DNA from: an uncultured Acidobacteriaceae bacterium
GTDB lineage: Bacteria; Acidobacteriota; Terriglobia; Terriglobales; Acidobacteriaceae
DNA: 64,000 nt
Assembly (NCBI GenBank): GCA_963820175.1
Contig: CAWFYX010000008.1
Span: 99,318-163,317 of the forward strand
Reading direction: 5' to 3'
The notes beneath the pieces are model-generated. The model did not search any database. It was not told the DNA's origin and saw only the letters and a list, made by a program, of their open reading frames with translations. Below, one piece after another: positions 60,229 to 64,000 of this stretch. Made by a program: the position numbers and the translations under genes. Position 1 is the stretch's first letter; each line of letters starts with the position of its first letter.

Positions 60229-61851
60229 TCAATGTGCCGCGCCGCCTCCGCCGCGCTGATTGAATCTGCGAATAAATAAAGTGAGAAACGACGCGCAGAA
60301 AGCAACCGCGCCCAATAGCCAAAAGCAATCGAGAAAGCCCAGCAGGGCCGCCTGCTGCTGTACCAACGCATCCACTTGCGCTACCGCCCGAATTGCGGCG
60401 CCGCCGGCGGAATATCCTTGATGGACGAATCTGTCGGCAATGCCCGCCAGGGCAGCTTTCAGCGTAGGATCATAGTTTGAAACATGTGCTACCAGAACGC
60501 TGCGATGATACTGCGTGCGCCGTTCGATCATGGTGGTGACAAAGGCAATGCCGAAACTGCCGCCCTGGTTGCGAAACAGATTGGTCAGGCTAGAGGCTTT
60601 GTTGTTCTTCTCCCGCGGAAGGTAGGAATAGGCGAGCTGACTTGCAGGCACAAACAGGAATGCCAGGCCCAGCCCTTGCAGAGCGCGCGCTCCCGCCTCC
60701 CGGGCGTAATTGGTCTCGGGATTGAAGCTGGCGTAGTACCACATAGCGCCGCCCAGTATCGCGAAACCTCCAGCGATCAGCCACGACACCGGAATGCTTC
60801 GCACCAGACGCACTACCACCGGCGCCATCACCACGATCACCAATGCGCCCGGCCCCAGAACCAGACCCGCGTCGGTTGCGGTATATCCGTACAGCGACTG
60901 CAGCATTTGCGGGATGAGCACGGTCGATCCGAAGAGCACGAAGCCAAAAATGAAGTAGAAAGAATTAGCGATCGCGAAGTTGCGCTCCCGCAGCAGGCGA
61001 AGCTCGACCACCGGGTCGGGATGACGCAGTTCCCAGATCACGGCAAAAACCAGGGCAGTGATCGCGATAACAAAGAAGCTGACGATGAACTGACTCTCGA
61101 ACCAGTCATCGCGCTGTCCCCGGTCGAGCACGACTTCAAGGCAGGCAAAACCAATGGCAATCAGCAAAATTCCGATGTAGTCAATCTTGAGCTTGCCTGC
61201 AGCACGCGCCATTTCCACTTCGCGTTTGAACTCGGGCGGATCGGACACGATACGGCTGGTGAGAATTAGGGACACCAATCCGATGGGAACGTTGATGAAA
61301 AATACCCATCGCCAGGAAAAACTGTCGGTGATCCAGCCTCCCAGCGGCGGCCCGATCGCCGGGGCAGTCACGATAGCCATACTGTAGAGCGCAAATGCGG
61401 CGGCGCGCTTGTCGGCGGGAAAAGTATCGACCAGGATGGCTTGCTCTACCGGCGCCAGGCCCCCGCCACCGATCCCTTGCAGAACGCGGAAGAAGATCAG
61501 CAGTCCCAGGCTGGGAGTGAGGCCGCACATCAAGGAGCTCACGCTGAACAGCGCCACGCAAGTCATGTAGTAATTCTTGCGGCCGAAGACCCGGCTCAGC
61601 CACGCGCTCAGCGGCAAAACGATAGCATTAGCCACCAGATAGCTGGTCAGCACCCAGGTGCTTTCGTCGTAGCTGGTGGCCAGTCCCCCGGCAATGTGGG
61701 GCAACGACACGTTGGCGATGGCGGTGTCGAGCAGTTCCATGAAGGTGGCGAGCGTAACCGTCACCGCGATCAGCCAGGGGTTGACCACCGTCCTGCGCTC
61801 GCTTCTGGCGAGAGGGAAGGTCGCAACCGCGGCGGACGAGATGCTTGCCAT
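60229..61851 (-). CDS. DHA2-family (EmrB/QacA-like, 14-TMS) MFS efflux transporter
   Basis: 540 aa, LDTAIANVSLPHIAGGL motif and about 14 hydrophobic helices; divergent from a TetR gene. Confidence 0.9.
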   Translation of the reverse strand: MASISSAAVATFPLARSERRTVVNPWLIAVTVTLATFMELLDTAIANVSLPHIAGGLATSYDESTWVLTSYLVANAIVLPLSAWLSRVFGRKNYYMTCVALFSVSSLMCGLTPSLGLLIFFRVLQGIGGGGLAPVEQAILVDTFPADKRAAAFALYSMAIVTAPAIGPPLGGWITDSFSWRWVFFINVPIGLVSLILTSRIVSDPPEFKREVEMARAAGKLKIDYIGILLIAIGFACLEVVLDRGQRDDWFESQFIVSFFVIAITALVFAVIWELRHPDPVVELRLLRERNFAIANSFYFIFGFVLFGSTVLIPQMLQSLYGYTATDAGLVLGPGALVIVVMAPVVVRLVRSIPVSWLIAGGFAILGGAMWYYASFNPETNYAREAGARALQGLGLAFLFVPASQLAYSYLPREKNNKASSLTNLFRNQGGSFGIAFVTTMIERRTQYHRSVLVAHVSNYDPTLKAALAGIADRFVHQGYSAGGAAIRAVAQVDALVQQQAALLGFLDCFWLLGAVAFCASFLTLFIRRFNQRGGGGAAH

Positions 61852-61902
61852 GGTTGTTCAGATGCAATAAGAGACCTAGCGGTCGCTTTTGCATTTATGA
61901 TA

Positions 61903-61918
61903 GAGACCAGTTGGTCTC
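61903..61918. promoter_or_regulatory. Palindromic operator candidate in the MFS/TetR divergent intergenic region
   Basis: GAGACCA-GT-TGGTCTC perfect inverted repeat. A degenerate second copy, GAGACC-TAGC-GGTCGC, lies at 61871-61886. Confidence 0.5.
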
Positions 61919-61949
61919 CGCCGGCATCCAAGATTCAGGAAGGAGCGTT

Positions 61950-62546
61950 ATGCCCAAGGGGGATAAGACCCGCCAACGCATCGTGACCGAGGCCGCAGCG
62001 CTGTTTAACCGGCACGGCTTCGAAGGCAGTTCCATGGCTGCCCTGATGGAGGCTACAGGCCTGGAGAAAGGTGGGATCTACCGGCACTTCTCCAGTAAGG
62101 AGGCTATCGCCGCTGAGGCGTTCGACTATGCCTGGCATTCGGCGCATGACACCCGAATGCATCTTCTGGAGTCGACCTCCAACAGCGTCGACAAGCTGAA
62201 GCGGTTCATCGCGAATTTTGTGGAGCGCCGGCCCCCGGTTCCTGGCGGCTGCCCGGTGTACAACACGGCGATCGATGCCGACGACGGAAATCCTGTGTTG
62301 CGGGATCGGGCGCGAGGAGCGCTGCGCAAATGGCTAGGACTGCTCCGCTCTGTCGTCAGTGCCGGAATCAAAGCGGGCGAGATCCGGGCGACTGTCGATC
62401 CCCACCAGCTTGCGACGCTCATCGTTTCGGCACTGGAGGGCGCCTTGGTGATCAGTCGCCTCGAGCGTAATCAGGAAGCCCTGCTTGCCGTTCAGTCGCA
62501 TCTTGACCGGCATCTTGAGACGGAAGTACGAGCGCACAGGAAGTGA
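61950..62546 (+). CDS. TetR/AcrR-family transcriptional regulator
   Basis: HTH SSMAALMEATGLEKGGIYRHFSSKEAI; AGGAAGGAG RBS upstream of ATG 61950. Confidence 0.9.
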   Translation: MPKGDKTRQRIVTEAAALFNRHGFEGSSMAALMEATGLEKGGIYRHFSSKEAIAAEAFDYAWHSAHDTRMHLLESTSNSVDKLKRFIANFVERRPPVPGGCPVYNTAIDADDGNPVLRDRARGALRKWLGLLRSVVSAGIKAGEIRATVDPHQLATLIVSALEGALVISRLERNQEALLAVQSHLDRHLETEVRAHRK

Positions 62547-62583
62547 TGCGCTCGTATAGCCTGCGACCAGCATAGCCGCAATA

Positions 62584-62946
62584 TTAGCGGCTGGCCGTGG
62601 TATGTGTTTTCTTGCCTAACGTCCGGACATGCGCTACCACAGCAGCAATCTCCTGGTCCGACAGACTATCGCCGAAGGCGGGCATATTGTTTAGGCCATT
62701 CCTGACAATCTGCTCCAGCTGTGCGTCCGATTGGCCTTGCACCGCCGGCGACCGCAGGTCCACGACGTTCAGGCTTCGTCCGGCTGAGGTACCCGCTCCG
62801 TCGGGGCCATGGCAGGACACGCACTTGGATTTGAATGTGGCGTTGCCGGCCGGCATGTCGGGCGGTAACGCCCACCCCATCGAGGCAGCCGCCAACACAA
62901 CCAATAGCACGAACAGACCTACAAGAGCAGCGAGCAGTTTTCTCAT
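62584..62946 (-). CDS. Class I c-type cytochrome (monohaem), secreted
   Basis: Signal peptide, CVSCH haem motif and a distal Met region (NNMPAF). Confidence 0.85.
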   Translation of the reverse strand: MRKLLAALVGLFVLLVVLAAASMGWALPPDMPAGNATFKSKCVSCHGPDGAGTSAGRSLNVVDLRSPAVQGQSDAQLEQIVRNGLNNMPAFGDSLSDQEIAAVVAHVRTLGKKTHTTASR

Positions 62947-63204
62947 GATTTCCCCCCACGAACAATTGTGTGTTGCACCTCGGTTGCCAACCGTTTGCTT
63001 AAGTGCGCTTCTGTCAGCCGGCGGTTCTAAGTCTCAGTTGCCCGGGAAATCGCGGGTCGGACATCGACGGTGCTACTGGCTATTTCTGTCGAGGCGTTGA
63101 CAGCCTGTCGACACATTGCCGCGCCAGAAGGCTTTGCGCCGCCTCAAGCGTGGGCAGCGAGCCTCTAACCGCGTCGTTCGTCAACGACTTTCGCCGCTCA
63201 AGAA

Positions 63205-63699
63205 ATGGAACAGCAAATGCTGACCAGACCGTCAGAGGTTGGCATGATTGAGCTAAAAGTGAACGGCACGGCCCGCTCGTTTGACGGCGATCCCGACATG
63301 CCGCTGCTTTGGTATCTCCGCGATGTACTGGGGCTGACCGGCACGAAGTTCGGTTGCGGAGTCGCGCTCTGTGGCGCCTGCACGGTTCATCGCAACGGTG
63401 AGGCGTTTCGCTCCTGCATCATCCCCATGCATGCGGTAGCCGGCACGGAGATCGTGACCATCGAAGGCGTCTCGAACGGTAGCCTCCATCCGGTGCAGAA
63501 GGCGTGGATCGAACACAACGTTCCGCAATGCGGATATTGCCAGTCGGGCCAGATCATGCAGGCGGTTGTCCTGCTGAACAAGAACCATAAGCCGTCGGAC
63601 AAAGACATCGACGACGCGATGGCCGGCAACATCTGCCGCTGCGGCACCTACCAGAGGATTCGCGCCGCCATCAAAGCGGCCGCGGAGGAAAGCGCATGA
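63205..63699 (+). CDS. (2Fe-2S)-binding small subunit of a xanthine-dehydrogenase-family oxidoreductase (IorA-like)
   Basis: [22 protein letters not shown] and [11 protein letters not shown] motifs. The start may be ATG 63244 (MIELKVNG). Confidence 0.9.
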   Translation: MEQQMLTRPSEVGMIELKVNGTARSFDGDPDMPLLWYLRDVLGLTGTKFGCGVALCGACTVHRNGEAFRSCIIPMHAVAGTEIVTIEGVSNGSLHPVQKAWIEHNVPQCGYCQSGQIMQAVVLLNKNHKPSDKDIDDAMAGNICRCGTYQRIRAAIKAAAEESA

Positions 63700-64000
63700 G
63701 CGGCATTACCAACGTCAGCCGACGTCAATTTCTGACCGGTGCGTTTGCCGCGGGCGCGCTGGTGCTCGGCGGGCGCTACATTCCCAGCCTCATCGCTGAG
63801 CATGAATCGGGCGAAAAAGATGTGACCGAAGTCGATCGCTCCAAGCTGCATCCCAACTTTTTCGTGGGCGTCAATCCCGACGGATCGGTATACATCATCG
63901 CTCATCGTTCGGAGATGGGCACGGTGATTCGCACTTCCCTTCCTCTGGTGGTTGCCGATGAACTGGACGCGGACTGGAAGCGCGTTCGGATCGAACAGGC
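63696..64000 (+). CDS. Molybdopterin-binding large subunit (IorB-like) with Tat signal, 3' end outside window
   Basis: ATG overlaps the upstream stop (ATGA). Twin-arginine motif [19 protein letters not shown]. The frame is open to the window end. Confidence 0.85.
   Translation, partial: MSGITNVSRRQFLTGAFAAGALVLGGRYIPSLIAEHESGEKDVTEVDRSKLHPNFFVGVNPDGSVYIIAHRSEMGTVIRTSLPLVVADELDADWKRVRIEQ

Overview
GC-rich bacterial chromosomal segment. The VWFA protein with an Acidobacteria-typical architecture, the dense families of short hairpin repeats and the overall gene content suggest Acidobacteriota; this is inference only. I support about 55 protein-coding loci and found no rRNA, tRNA or CRISPR array.

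Gene content:
- Housekeeping and stress genes: hsp20, clpB, cmk, mutL, relA/spoT-type RSH, bamA-skp, RNase HI.
- Redox enzymes: an 8-heme cytochrome c fused to TPR repeats, a molybdopterin oxidoreductase, an iorAB-like dehydrogenase with a cytochrome c, and a catalase-related/DyP peroxidase cluster.
- Transport: ABC systems, an APC permease, and a DHA2 MFS pump with its TetR regulator.
- Other: a CHASE3 histidine kinase and two DPP-IV-like S9 peptidases.
- Mobile elements: two IS elements, an IS110/IS1111-like and an IS1182-like, both inserted at the bamA-skp locus.
- Small two-gene modules: vapBC, hicBA, a nucleotidyltransferase pair and DUF4160/DUF2442.

Observations most worth a second look:
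1. A Bcp/PrxQ peroxiredoxin has an in-frame TGA exactly at the peroxidatic Cys codon, followed by a SECIS-like hairpin. It is a candidate selenoprotein.
2. A same-strand cluster encodes a catalase-related haem protein, a GXWXG/DUF4334-like protein, a membrane protein with duplicated HF(A/G)R motifs, and a DyP peroxidase. Its function is unknown.
3. A macro-like domain is fused to a TIR-like/nucleoside-2-deoxyribosyltransferase-like domain in a single protein.
4. Dispersed hairpin repeats appear to sit in frame inside two coding sequences.
5. The IS1111-like element has a 276-bp 3' non-coding end that may encode a bridge/seek RNA. The IS1182-like element is inserted in the skp terminator hairpin.
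6. Heptad-repeat arrays in inverted orientation flank an A/T-richer ORF lying between hsp20 and clpB.

The window also has an unusually high density of single-base frameshifts and in-frame stops, at least 13 lesions, including in bamA. From sequence alone I cannot tell assembly error from real gene decay. All coordinates and motifs were read by eye and no database searches were run.
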